Shown piece by piece: positions 41,972 through 51,782 of a stretch of 64,000 bases of DNA; within the stretch, counting starts at the first letter, position 1, and the number at the start of each line of letters is the position of its first letter. The notes under the pieces are model-generated. The model ran no database searches. It was given only the letters and a program-made list of their open reading frames with translations, and had not been told where the DNA came from. The stretch lies in assembly GCA_051439605.1 (NCBI GenBank), contig JBFRWN010000081.1, positions 1 through 64,000 of the forward strand. The letters are read 5' to 3'. The position numbers and the translations under genes are program-made. Source of the DNA: Synechococcus sp. (GTDB taxonomy: Bacteria > Cyanobacteriota > Cyanobacteriia > Thermostichales > PCC-7336).

Positions 41972-41980
41972 TGCTATGAT
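41972..41980 (+). promoter_or_regulatory. Extended -10 promoter element for the sRNA/tRNA unit
   Basis: TGCTATGAT (TGn-TATGAT) 8 nt upstream of the first hairpin. Confidence 0.55.
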
Positions 41981-41988
41981 TACATTCC

Positions 41989-42090
41989 GGAGGTAGAAGC
42001 TGACCCCCCTCGGTTTCTGCCTCCTCCAAAAAATTAGGCTCTCCATTAACAGCCTCCAGTGACGTTCAGCGATGTCAGGTGGGGCTTTTA
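41989..42090 (+). ncRNA. Putative small RNA / structured tRNA leader
   Basis: 15-bp hairpin with C6 loop, single-stranded linker containing CTCTCC, second hairpin plus T-run. Confidence 0.5.
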
Positions 42091-42110
42091 AAGTTTTTTA
42101 GAGTCACTAT

Positions 42111-42181
42111 GCGGGTGTGGTATATGGGTTGTGCCCTAGCCTTCCAAGCTAGAGAACCGGGTTCGAGTCCCGGCACCCGCT
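42111..42181 (+). tRNA. tRNA-Gly (anticodon TCC)
   Basis: GCGGGTG/CACCCGC acceptor, CTAGC-CTTCCAA-GCTAG anticodon arm, CCGGG-TTCGAGT-CCCGG T arm, U73; CCA not encoded. Confidence 0.93.
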
Positions 42182-42515
42182 TCGAGGTAATTGGGTTCAG
42201 TTATTCTCAAAAACTATTCATTTGAAACCATGTTCATCAGGCCTTATGCACAGCATGAGCTACTTTTCAGAACTTTTTGGGCGTGCTTTATTTCGATACG
42301 TTTGGGTGCCAGAAGCTGCGTACTGGTTTAATCAAAGTCTTTAGAAATCAAAGTCTTTAGAGATTTCCACCATACTAAATACATCGCGTAACCCGTGCGA
42401 TCGCCGTGCCAGTGTACTGACTGGGCCGCAAATCTGTCCCGGTGCGCAAAACAGTATTTAAGGCAAACTCTGATGATACGATAGTCGCAACGAAAGAGAA
42501 AGAGAAAAGAACAGA

Positions 42516-44660
42516 ATGACCGAATATCGCAAGTCGATTTCCTTCTACGGACGGGAAATCGAATTCTCCACCGGCGTGCTTGCTCCCCAGGCGGGAGGAG
42601 CTGTGATGGTTACCTCGGGAGACACTTGCGTCCTGGTAACTGCCACCCAACAGAGCGGACGACCCGGCATTGATTTCATGCCTCTGATGGTGGATTACGA
42701 AGAACGACTGTATGCCGCAGGGCGGATCCCCGGCAGCTTTATGCGTAGAGAAGGGCGACCCCCTGAACGGGCCACCCTCACCTCTCGCTTGATCGATCGC
42801 CCCATTCGTCCCTTATTCCCCAGCTGGCTGCGGGACGATGTCCAAATTGTCGCCACAACCCTTTCGGTGGACGAGACGGTTCCCCCCGATGTCCTCTGTA
42901 TAACTGCCGCATCCATTGCCATTCGCCTGGCAGGTTCCCCCTTCTCCGGACCAGTGGCTGCCGTTCGCGTTGGCTTACTCAACGACGACTTCATCATCAA
43001 CCCCACCCATGCTGAAATTGCCGCTGGCGATCTCGACCTAGTCGTAGCCGGAACCGCTGAAGGCATCATCATGGTGGAAGCAGGGGCAAATCAGCTGCCC
43101 GAAAACGATGTCATCGAAGCAATTGACTTTGCCTACGAAGCTATTCAAGAGCTGCTCACTGCCCAAGAAGAGATTTTTAAAGATCTAGACTTGCCCAAAG
43201 TGGAAGGGACCCCTCCCACCGAAAATCCTGCGGTGGCTGAATTTGTGGCCTCCCAAGCGGACAGCAAGGTCAAAGAGATCCTCAAGCAATTTCTGGGCAA
43301 AAACGAGCGGGACGCTGCCCTAGAAGAATTGAAGGCGTCCGTTGTGGAAGCCTTGGAAGAACGCCCTGAAGATGACGAATTGCGGGTATACGTCACCGAA
43401 GAAGATCCTAAGGCGATTGGCAAAGCCTTTAAAGCGCTGACCAAGACCTTGATGCGCAAGCAAATCGTCGAGGAAAACGTCCGTGTGGACGGCAGGGCCC
43501 TCGATCAAGTCCGTCCGATTTCCTGTAATGCAGGGTTGGTTCCCAAGGTTCACGGCAGCGGTCTGTTCAATCGCGGACTGACTCAGGTTCTGTCCATCAC
43601 CACCCTTGGCACCCCTGATGATGCTCAGGAAATGGATGACCTACATCCCTCCACCGAAAAGCGCTACCTGCATCACTACAACTTCCCCGCTTACTCTGTT
43701 GGGGAAACTAAGCCCTCCCGCTCCCCCGGGCGTCGGGAAATCGGTCACGGCGCGCTAGCCGAACGGGCAATCCTGCCTGTATTACCCCCTGCTGAAGCCT
43801 TCGGCTATGTCATCAGAGTTGTGTCTGAGGTCCTGTCCTCCAACGGTTCTACCTCGATGGGTTCTGTTTGTGGGTCGACCTTGTCCTTGATGGATGCTGG
43901 CGTGCCGATCTCTGCACCCGTGGGTGGTGTAGCCATGGGTCTGATTCAGGAAGGGGATGAAACCCGCATCCTTACCGACATCCAAGGGATTGAAGATTTC
44001 TTGGGGGATATGGACTTCAAAGTTGCCGGTACCGAAGATGGTATTAATGCCCTACAAATGGATATGAAAGTTACCGGTATTACCGTTGAGACCGTCAGCG
44101 AAGCCATTCGTCAGGCCAAGGCCGGTCGCCTGCATATCCTGGGTAAGATGACCGACGTTTTAGCGGGTCCCCGCGACGATCTGGCCCCCACCGCCCCCCG
44201 CTTGCTCACCTTCAAGATTCGCCCCGATCAAATTGGCATGATCATCGGGCCTGGAGGCAAAACCATCAAGGGGATTGTGGAGAAAACGGGGGCCAAGATC
44301 GACATCGAGGATGATGGCACTGTTGTTGTGTCTTCTACACAAGGAGGTCAGGCGGAAGCTGCCCAAAAGATGATCGAAGGCATGACTCGTACAGTTGAAG
44401 AGGGCCAAATTTATATGGCCAAAATCACCCGGATTATTCCTATTGGCGCTTTTGCAGAATTCCTGCCCCAGAAAGAAGGCATGATTCACATCTCTCAAAT
44501 TGCTGACTATCGCGTTGGTAAGGTTGAGGATGAGCTAGCAGTCGGCGATCAGGTGGTGGTTAAGGTGCGCAGCATCGATAATCGCGGCCGCATTAATCTG
44601 ACTCGTTTGGGGATCTCGGCTGAAGAAGCGAACAAGGCTCGGGTAGCTGTATCGAAATAG
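42516..44660 (+). CDS. pnp: Polyribonucleotide nucleotidyltransferase (PNPase)
   Basis: [47 protein letters not shown] and S1 domains. Confidence 0.99.
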   Translation: MTEYRKSISFYGREIEFSTGVLAPQAGGAVMVTSGDTCVLVTATQQSGRPGIDFMPLMVDYEERLYAAGRIPGSFMRREGRPPERATLTSRLIDRPIRPLFPSWLRDDVQIVATTLSVDETVPPDVLCITAASIAIRLAGSPFSGPVAAVRVGLLNDDFIINPTHAEIAAGDLDLVVAGTAEGIIMVEAGANQLPENDVIEAIDFAYEAIQELLTAQEEIFKDLDLPKVEGTPPTENPAVAEFVASQADSKVKEILKQFLGKNERDAALEELKASVVEALEERPEDDELRVYVTEEDPKAIGKAFKALTKTLMRKQIVEENVRVDGRALDQVRPISCNAGLVPKVHGSGLFNRGLTQVLSITTLGTPDDAQEMDDLHPSTEKRYLHHYNFPAYSVGETKPSRSPGRREIGHGALAERAILPVLPPAEAFGYVIRVVSEVLSSNGSTSMGSVCGSTLSLMDAGVPISAPVGGVAMGLIQEGDETRILTDIQGIEDFLGDMDFKVAGTEDGINALQMDMKVTGITVETVSEAIRQAKAGRLHILGKMTDVLAGPRDDLAPTAPRLLTFKIRPDQIGMIIGPGGKTIKGIVEKTGAKIDIEDDGTVVVSSTQGGQAEAAQKMIEGMTRTVEEGQIYMAKITRIIPIGAFAEFLPQKEGMIHISQIADYRVGKVEDELAVGDQVVVKVRSIDNRGRINLTRLGISAEEANKARVAVSK

Positions 44661-44745
44661 TCCGTCCCTTGCCTTGGGGTCTTAGCGCCTATTGCCATAC
44701 ACCCTATGGCCGTCAAAGACCTGGTGCAATTGAAATGAACTATCA

Positions 44746-44771
44746 GCGAGCACGTAAAGTGCTCGTTTTTT
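44746..44771 (+). terminator. Rho-independent terminator after pnp
   Basis: GCGAGCAC-GTAAA-GTGCTCGT plus T-run. Confidence 0.75.
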
Positions 44772-44824
44772 AAAGCGGCTTGACCCTCTGACTACACTGT
44801 CCATAACAAGAAGGTGGAGTGGAT

Positions 44825-45361
44825 ATGGCAGACGAGACAGAAAAGTGGCTAACCATTGGCAAGATTCAATCCCCCCATGGTTTAAAGGGCCTTGTCAAAG
44901 TGCGCAGCTTTTCGGATTTTCCCGAACGGTTTTTGCAGCCGGGTAAGCGATGGTTGCAGAAAGATGGGGAGACACCAGTGGAGGTGGAATTAATCCGTGG
45001 GACGTTTCAGCCGGGGAAGAAGCTGTACTTGGTGCAGTTCGACAAAATTGACAGCCGCAATGCGTCAGAGGACTGGACGGGGGCTCTGGTCGTTGTGCCC
45101 CAAGGCGATCGCCCCCAACTGGATGAAGAGGAATACCACCTAGCCGACTTAATGGGGATGGAGGTCGTGGAGCAGAATACAGAACGGTTGCTGGGGACTG
45201 TGGCGTCAGTAATGGCAGCAGGAAACGATTTGCTAGAGGTGCGACAGGGAGACAAGACGGTGTTGATTCCATTTGTGAAAGTATTTGTCCCCGTAGTGGA
45301 CCTTGATACTGGGCGGATCGAGGTCACTCCTCCAGAGGGACTTATTCCCGAGGATTGGTAG
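44825..45361 (+). CDS. rimM: Ribosome maturation factor RimM
   Basis: IGKI..PHGLKG.VKV...SDFPERF, EYH..DL.G, GNDLLEV, LIPFV. Confidence 0.96.
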   Translation: MADETEKWLTIGKIQSPHGLKGLVKVRSFSDFPERFLQPGKRWLQKDGETPVEVELIRGTFQPGKKLYLVQFDKIDSRNASEDWTGALVVVPQGDRPQLDEEEYHLADLMGMEVVEQNTERLLGTVASVMAAGNDLLEVRQGDKTVLIPFVKVFVPVVDLDTGRIEVTPPEGLIPEDW

Positions 45362-45457
45362 CACAGAATTGTTACGAGAATGAGTGTTACCGTTTGCACG
45401 TTAGGAACTATCTGGCTATCTTTAAGTAAATTTCTGTTAAGCCTTGACGGAATAAGA

Positions 45458-45486
45458 TTTACATTCGATTTACATTCGTTTACAGG
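45458..45486 (+). promoter_or_regulatory. HLR1-like (RpaB/OmpR-type) direct repeats
   Basis: TTTACATT-cga-TTTACATT-cg-TTTACAGG. Confidence 0.45.
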
Positions 45487-45747
45487 CAAGATCTGCCGTC
45501 TCGCGGTAATCTTAATTCTGCAAATTGTACGGGTGAAATGGAGAGAGCGGTCAAACCACTCGAGAAACTCCGATAAACTGCAACTGCCCTGACTGAGATT
45601 GTGTGCTTTTGCGTAAACAAAAGTTTGCTCTATCGGTTAAGTGGATTCTCGTGCGGGTAGAATAACTTACAATAGAATGGAATTTCTCTATTATTTTTTA
45701 CCTGCTAGCCTGCTGAATTTTCCGAAGAGGCCAAGAAAACCGTGTCT

Positions 45748-46089
45748 ATGTCAAACGCAGATATACGCAACTACTTGACAGCTGATGAGTTAAGTCAGTG
45801 GGATTTGATTCGCTTTTGTATAGAAAGTAACTTTAAACGGGATCTTACCTTCCGAATTGCCCCCTTCTACGAAGACGCACGGCAGGCAGAGCAAGAGTTG
45901 CGGTTCGATTTGGCCGCGATGCTGAGGACGATTGCCCAGCAGGTTTTGGCGACTTTAGAACAAGAAAAAGTGGACAGGCTAACAGCTGAGCTAGAGGGAT
46001 TTTTAGCGACGCTGCGCGATCGCGAGCGAGCTAACACCATCGAGTGCCTGCAAGATGAAATCCTGCGGACCGCCAGCAGTGACTCCTGA
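45748..46089 (+). CDS. Hypothetical helical protein
   Basis: 113-aa ORF in its own intergenic slot, amphipathic helices, no recognised motif. Confidence 0.6.
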   Translation: MSNADIRNYLTADELSQWDLIRFCIESNFKRDLTFRIAPFYEDARQAEQELRFDLAAMLRTIAQQVLATLEQEKVDRLTAELEGFLATLRDRERANTIECLQDEILRTASSDS

Positions 46090-46124
46090 CACGAACTTGT
46101 CCTGCATCTTTAAAAATGCTGTTT

Positions 46125-46160
46125 TTGGAACTGGAATTCTGTACAGAATTTCAGTTCCAA
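46125..46160. repeat. 36-bp near-perfect palindrome without spacer
   Basis: TTGGAACTGGAATTCTGT|ACAGAATTTCAGTTCCAA, one mismatch. Confidence 0.85.
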
Positions 46161-46532
46161 CTTTTAGATGGTTTTCGCGGTTTCTAGTTCATTACAAACT
46201 ATTGATATCTCATCGAGGCCGAGAAGCTCTATTCCCATTCAGGGGTCTAGATCGCTGAGATTTACTCAGTAAAAAGTAAGACCCGCCCCCTGGCTTTCCC
46301 AGACCCGCAAACTTGCATCACATACCTGAGCCATCTGCACAACCAAGCGAGTCTACCCGTTACCCATACCAGGAGACCTAGGCGAAAAGGCTAGACTAAA
46401 ACAATCTATTGATGTTGCTATCTCAATTAGGGCAACAAGACCTTTGTCCAGTAAGTGTTCTGGATGGCTGAGATGTCTTAAGCGACTGGACTGTCGCAAA
46501 ATCAGCCTTTATCACCATCATTGGCTCGGAAA

Positions 46533-46964
46533 ATGCAAAGCACTATTTTTCACCTCGCCTTTCCCATCGTCGATATCCCTCTAACCAAGGAGTTTTATGC
46601 CGCAGGTCTAGGCTGTGATATTGGACGGGAAACCCCCACATCCATCATTCTCAATCTCTACGGAAACCAGTTAGTCGGCCATGTGACCAAGCAACCCATA
46701 GAGCCTCAACGGGGGATTTATCCGCGGCATTTTGGGCTCATCTTTACGGAACTCCGCGAGTGGGAAGCTTTGCTAGAACGCTGCCAGAAAAAGGCGCTGA
46801 CCTTCTTTCAGCAGCCTAAACAGCGGTTTGTGGGGGAAATCACCGAGCATCACACCTTCTTTCTGGCCGATCCCTTCCACAACTTATTGGAGTTCAAGCA
46901 TTACACTCATTTTGAAAGTGTCTTTGGGGCCAGCGACTTTGGACTCGTGGGCGATCGCACTTAA
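46533..46964 (+). CDS. VOC/glyoxalase family protein
   Basis: FHLAFP, FY..GLGC..GRE, YPRHFGLIF, FFLADPF.NLLEFK. Confidence 0.9.
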   Translation: MQSTIFHLAFPIVDIPLTKEFYAAGLGCDIGRETPTSIILNLYGNQLVGHVTKQPIEPQRGIYPRHFGLIFTELREWEALLERCQKKALTFFQQPKQRFVGEITEHHTFFLADPFHNLLEFKHYTHFESVFGASDFGLVGDRT

Positions 46965-47012
46965 TGCTCCAGATACTCCCCGCTATGCGGGGGCCTGGAC
47001 CCACGAATTCCC

Positions 47013-48302
47013 TTAGACTAACCCCTTCATCGCCAATATTGCGGTACCGTAGGCTGCATCCATATGGGGGGAAGCTCTTACTGGAACCCCTAACTTTCGC
47101 TCGCGAATGGCTGTCCACGTTTGGTTCGAAGCCCCTCCCCCTGCAGAGAACACGCGCGTAACGGCGGTTCCGCCTAGTTCTTCCAACAGTTGATAGCCCC
47201 GAGCTTCAATTTGGGCCATGCCTTCGAACAATCCGTGCAAAAAGTCTGCATCATTCTGCGGTCGAGGAGCAAGTCGAGGGACCAATTCCGCATCGTTCAC
47301 GGGAAACCGTTCCCCAGGTTTACACAGGGGGTAATAATCTAGACAACTCTCCTTTGTAGGATCGATGCGATCGCTCAACTCCCGCAGCTGAGCATCGCGA
47401 AAAAACTGCCGTAGCACTGCCCCACCAGTATTGGAGGCCCCACCCACCAACCAGCTATCGCCCAACCGATGGCTGTAGATGCCGTAACGGCGATTGTCCA
47501 CCCGTCGTTCGCTGAGTAGCTTCACCGCTAAGGTCGATCCCAAAGAGGTCACCGCATGTCCGGATTTATGAACGCCGCTGGCTAAGAAGGCGGCAATGCT
47601 ATCGGTTGTCCCCGCTTTCACTTGGCAAGTGGGAGGAAAGTTATATCGCTGGACAATCCGCTCTTGGATCGCGCCGACCCCATCCCCTGGGGTCAACACC
47701 TGCGGTAAAAAGGGAGTCAGCGATCGACCATTGACCTGCAGCGAGTCCAACCAATTCGGCCAGCACAAGTTGCCAACGTCGTAGCCTAGCTTGAGGCAAT
47801 TGTGGTAGTCGCTCACCCCCAAACGTCCGTGCAGCAACCATCCCAGCCAATCTGCCTGGCTAAGGCAATGGGCGGCATCTCCACCCATCTCTGAGAGCAG
47901 CCAGCAGAGCTTAGCCAAGCCAGACGTAGCGCTTAACACCACCTGCTGGGGCGGTACTCGCTCGGTCAAGACCGATAGCCATTGGCTGGCACGATCGTCG
48001 TTGTACATCAGCGGGGCATGGAGTGGCTGCCCACTAGCGTCGCAAAGCAATGTGGTAGATGAGGTGCCATCAATGGCGATTGCCTGCACCTGTTGCCGAA
48101 TTTTTAGCGGTAGTTCTTGGAGCAGTTTCCACAGCGTTGATTGCCAGTCAAATGCTCTATTCTTAGACGGAAAAACGGGGTAGCTGCAATTGGCCCGAGC
48201 GTGAATATCCCCATTGTCGTCAATGGCGATCGCCCTAGCCCCTGAAGTGCCAAAATCCAGGCCCAAAAACAAAGTCATGTCCTTATCTGTGGAGGGCTCC
48301 AT
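47013..48302 (-). CDS. FGGY-family carbohydrate kinase (ribulose/xylulose kinase-like)
   Basis: LGLDFGTSGAR, IDGTSST, GTTDSIAAFLA, SLGSTL, GGASNTGG, AGGGA. Confidence 0.92.
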   Translation of the reverse strand: MEPSTDKDMTLFLGLDFGTSGARAIAIDDNGDIHARANCSYPVFPSKNRAFDWQSTLWKLLQELPLKIRQQVQAIAIDGTSSTTLLCDASGQPLHAPLMYNDDRASQWLSVLTERVPPQQVVLSATSGLAKLCWLLSEMGGDAAHCLSQADWLGWLLHGRLGVSDYHNCLKLGYDVGNLCWPNWLDSLQVNGRSLTPFLPQVLTPGDGVGAIQERIVQRYNFPPTCQVKAGTTDSIAAFLASGVHKSGHAVTSLGSTLAVKLLSERRVDNRRYGIYSHRLGDSWLVGGASNTGGAVLRQFFRDAQLRELSDRIDPTKESCLDYYPLCKPGERFPVNDAELVPRLAPRPQNDADFLHGLFEGMAQIEARGYQLLEELGGTAVTRVFSAGGGASNQTWTAIRERKLGVPVRASPHMDAAYGTAILAMKGLV

Positions 48303-48586
48303 AGAACGTTACAACGAACGCGATTTTGTAAAAGAACATCTCAATTCAAGTCAAACTAGCTGGTTAACCATGGAGAGACCCCTACCGGAGGGTTAATGTG
48401 AGGTTAATGCAGCTTGAATGTCTCTGGATATTGCTGCTTCGCAGTTTTGCACGTGTATTTCAATCCTCTGTGGACGTCTGAATTATGTCAGATGATAGAG
48501 AAGTGCATCCTGCAATATTGCGATCGCCACACCGACAGAAGCTGCATCGCTGACATGCACGCTACTCCGTGCAAGAGAGGTTTCTT

Positions 48587-50641
48587 ATGAAAGGTAAAAG
48601 GCTATCGGACTCACGAAATGTAGCCATCGTGGGTCCGTACTCCAGCGGGAAAACAACGTTACTCGAAAGCTTGCTCTACGTTACCGGAACCATCACCCGC
48701 AAAGGGGCTGTGACAGAGGGCAATAGTGTCGGGGACGCCACACCAGAGGCCCGCAACCGCCACATGAGCACAGAAGTGAATGCCGCCTGCCTTGAGTACG
48801 GCGGCATTTCTTTTACGTTTCTAGACTGTCCCGGATCGATTGAATTAACCCAAGACACCTACAGTGCCTTGGTAGGGGTGGATGCCGCCATTATTGTGTG
48901 CGAGCCCGATCAGCTGATCTCCACCTCCAGCGAACACAAAGCCGTTACTCTGGCCCCGCTGTTCCAATTTTTAGATGATTGGGAAATCCCCCATTTGGTC
49001 ACGATCAACAAAATGGACCGCATTCGGGGCACCTATCTCGATATGTTAGAGGCGCTTAAATCCGTCTCCCGTCGCCCCGTCATCCCCCAACAGTTCCCCA
49101 TTCGCCAGGGGGATGACGTCATAGGTTTTATCGATCTAGTGGACGAGCAAGCCTATCATTACCACCCTGGTGCAGCCGCAGACCCTATTCCACTACCCGA
49201 AGATCTGCAGGACCTAGAAAAAGCTGCTCGCATGGAAATGCTGGAAACGCTGGCAGATTTTGATGACCACCTGTTAGAGGAGCTACTGGAGGACATCGAC
49301 CCCCCCACCGAAGAAATTCACAAGGATTTGAAGATGGAGCTGGGGGCCGATTTAATCGTGCCGGTGTTCATCGGCATCTCCCAAGCAGACTTCGGCATGC
49401 GCCCCCTCTTAGACGCCCTCGTGCAGGAAGCCCCCGAACCGATGGTGACCGCCGAACGCAGAAGCCTTAAGGGAAGTGCCGATGGTGAGCCTCTGGTACA
49501 GGTGCTGAAAACCTACTATAACCAGCAGGGCAACAAACTGTCGTTGGTGCGAGTCTGGCAAGGAACCCTCACCGACAGCAGCGTTCTCAATGGAACCCGC
49601 ATCGGGGGGCTCTATCGCCTCAAGGGTCAGCAGCAAGATAGCTTGCAAGTTGCGCCGGCAGGGGCAATTGTGGGCATTAGTCGAATGGACAATCCTAAGA
49701 CCGGCGACACGCTCTCCTCGGTTGCAGTGGAGGAGGAACTCCCTCGAGCCAATGCAATAGAGCCGGTGTATGCTTTGGCGATTGCTCCCGATAACCGCAG
49801 AGACGAAGTTAAACTCAGCGGGGCCTTGGCCAAGCTCGTGGAGGAAGATCCCTCCCTCCATTGGGAGCATCACGGCGATACCCACGAAGTGATTTTGTGG
49901 GGGCAGGGGCACATTCACTTGCAAATTGCCCTCGATCGCCTCAAAGGCAAATTCAATCTGCCCATGAACACCCATATACCTCACGTGGCTTATCGGGAAA
50001 CCATTCGCAAGCCTCGCCAGTCAGCCCACGGTCGCTACAAGCGGCAATCGGGTGGCCACGGACAGTTTGGAGATGTATATCTCGATATTCAGCCTCTGCC
50101 GCGCGGTCAGGGAAATGCCTTTGCACAGACCATTGTGGGTGGGGTAGTACCCAAGCAGTACATCCCTGGGGTCGAAACTGGCGTGAACGAGTACCTGCAG
50201 CACGGACCGCTGGGCTTCCCCGTTGTGGATGTAGCCGTCACCCTCAAAGATGGCAGCTACCACAGCGTCGATAGCTCCGAACAGGCGTTTAAGCAGGCCG
50301 CTCGCCTCGCATTACAAGAGGGCATGCCCCAGTGCGAGCCGCTGTTGTTAGAGCCGATCGATTCCCTGGAGATATCTGTCCCTTCGGAATTTACCTCTAA
50401 TGTGCTCAGCATCGTTAGCGGTCGGCGCGGTCAAATTTTGGGGTACACCCCCAAGCAGAACTGGCCGGGCTGGGATGTGGTTTCTGCCTACATGCCAGAG
50501 TCCGAAATGCAGACCCTGATTGTAGAGCTGCGATCGCAAACTTTGGGTGTCGCAACGTTTGAGTGGCGCTACGATCGCCTGCAGGAAGTACCGGAAAAAT
50601 TAGCGGAGAAAGTGCTGGCACATGAAAGCAACGATCGTTAA
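48587..50641 (+). CDS. Elongation factor G-like protein (EF-G2 type)
   Basis: GPYSSGKTT, DCPGS, NKMD, YRETI, QSGGHGQFG, DGSYHSVDSSE.AF. Confidence 0.92.
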   Translation: MKGKRLSDSRNVAIVGPYSSGKTTLLESLLYVTGTITRKGAVTEGNSVGDATPEARNRHMSTEVNAACLEYGGISFTFLDCPGSIELTQDTYSALVGVDAAIIVCEPDQLISTSSEHKAVTLAPLFQFLDDWEIPHLVTINKMDRIRGTYLDMLEALKSVSRRPVIPQQFPIRQGDDVIGFIDLVDEQAYHYHPGAAADPIPLPEDLQDLEKAARMEMLETLADFDDHLLEELLEDIDPPTEEIHKDLKMELGADLIVPVFIGISQADFGMRPLLDALVQEAPEPMVTAERRSLKGSADGEPLVQVLKTYYNQQGNKLSLVRVWQGTLTDSSVLNGTRIGGLYRLKGQQQDSLQVAPAGAIVGISRMDNPKTGDTLSSVAVEEELPRANAIEPVYALAIAPDNRRDEVKLSGALAKLVEEDPSLHWEHHGDTHEVILWGQGHIHLQIALDRLKGKFNLPMNTHIPHVAYRETIRKPRQSAHGRYKRQSGGHGQFGDVYLDIQPLPRGQGNAFAQTIVGGVVPKQYIPGVETGVNEYLQHGPLGFPVVDVAVTLKDGSYHSVDSSEQAFKQAARLALQEGMPQCEPLLLEPIDSLEISVPSEFTSNVLSIVSGRRGQILGYTPKQNWPGWDVVSAYMPESEMQTLIVELRSQTLGVATFEWRYDRLQEVPEKLAEKVLAHESNDR

Positions 50642-50695
50642 CGGTTCTGCTGTGTAGCTCTCTTTTTCCTTTGACGAACTGTTTCCTTTGATGAC

Positions 50696-50723
50696 AGACG
50701 TGCTTCAGCGAAGCACGTCTTTT
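50696..50723 (+). terminator. Rho-independent terminator after EF-G2 gene
   Basis: AGACGTGCTTC-AGC-GAAGCACGTCT-TTT. Confidence 0.75.
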
Positions 50724-50980
50724 CTCTACCTATGGCTTTAAGCATGTCAGTTCAGACAGAGGCTGACGGACCGGTCCAGTTGACAGTGACTGGGTAGAGA
50801 ATCGCTAAATCACAAAAATCGCTAAATCACAAAAGACGATCTCGTGCCCCCTTGATTATGGGCCTCTATCTCTGGATACACAGCAATGACTCTGAATCAG
50901 CTGTAAAACTTGTAGGCTGCATGTAATAATCCTTATCATAGAATTAATTCTTTAATCTATCGGCATAAAGGAGATCTGCG

Positions 50981-51226
50981 ATGGCAGGCGATACTGGCGA
51001 ACGGCCATTTTCAGACATCATCACTAGCGTCCGCTACTGGGTTATTCACGCATTAACCATTCCAGTACTTTTCTTGGCTGGTTGGCTGTTTGTCAGTACC
51101 GGCTTAGCTTACGACGTGTTCGGTACCCCCCGTCCGGATGAATACTTTACCTCCGGTCGACAGGAATTGCCTATCGTACGCGATCGCTACGATGCTGGTG
51201 GTCAAATCAGCGATTACATCAAGTAA
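50981..51226 (+). CDS. psbE: Cytochrome b559 alpha subunit
   Basis: [24 protein letters not shown]...[16 protein letters not shown]. Confidence 0.99.
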   Translation: MAGDTGERPFSDIITSVRYWVIHALTIPVLFLAGWLFVSTGLAYDVFGTPRPDEYFTSGRQELPIVRDRYDAGGQISDYIK

Positions 51227-51256
51227 CGTTTCATTCGATTTTCCAAGGTTGCCCTT

Positions 51257-51391
51257 ATGAATTCCCCTAACTCTAACGAGCCGGTCTACTACCCCGTCTT
51301 CACCGTACGCTGGCTTGCTGTTCACACCTTAGGTGTTCCTACCGTCTTCTTCATAGGCGCGATCGCCGCAATGCAGTTTATTGGGAGATAG
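51257..51391 (+). CDS. psbF: Cytochrome b559 beta subunit
   Basis: Manual translation [44 protein letters not shown]. Confidence 0.98.
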   Translation: MNSPNSNEPVYYPVFTVRWLAVHTLGVPTVFFIGAIAAMQFIGR

Positions 51392-51397
51392 CCCACC

Positions 51398-51529
51398 ATG
51401 CCCGAAGGATCTCAGCCCGATAAGAACCCCAACAGTCAACCAGTTGAGTTGAACCGCACCTCCCTATACTTGGGTTTGTTGCTGGTGTTTACCACTGCTC
51501 TGCTGTTTTCCAGCTACTTGTTGAACTAA
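51398..51529 (+). CDS. psbL: Photosystem II protein L
   Basis: [43 protein letters not shown]. Confidence 0.97.
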   Translation: MPEGSQPDKNPNSQPVELNRTSLYLGLLLVFTTALLFSSYLLN

Positions 51530-51560
51530 GTTTTAAGCTAGCGATTTACGGAGAAAAAGA

Positions 51561-51680
51561 ATGACAGGTCAAGCACGCATTCCTCTTTGGATTGTGGCAA
51601 CCATTGCCGGGATGGGCGTTGTTGCCGTTCTAGGATTATTTTTCTACGGTTCCTATGTTGGTGTTGGCTCTAGTCTGTAA
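51561..51680 (+). CDS. psbJ: Photosystem II protein J
   Basis: [39 protein letters not shown]. Confidence 0.97.
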   Translation: MTGQARIPLWIVATIAGMGVVAVLGLFFYGSYVGVGSSL

Positions 51681-51717
51681 GCCATCTAGAACCCATCATT
51701 AGGTTTACTTCTCAATT

Positions 51718-51756
51718 AAAGAAACCGCCTGAAATTGAGGCGGTTTCTTTGTTTTT
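51718..51756. terminator. Bidirectional terminator between psbJ and psaI
   Basis: AAAGAAACCGCCT-loop-AGGCGGTTTCTTT plus T-run. Confidence 0.85.
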
Positions 51757-51782
51757 GTTCTATCGAGTTTTATTAGCAGGAG

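Noticed and set aside
42111..42516. tRNA as an integration site for a genomic island
   Set aside because: No integrase and no duplicated tRNA 3' end found in the window
48389..48410. GGTTAATG direct repeat with 11-bp period as a Pho box
   Set aside because: Only two imperfect units and no phosphate-related gene adjacent
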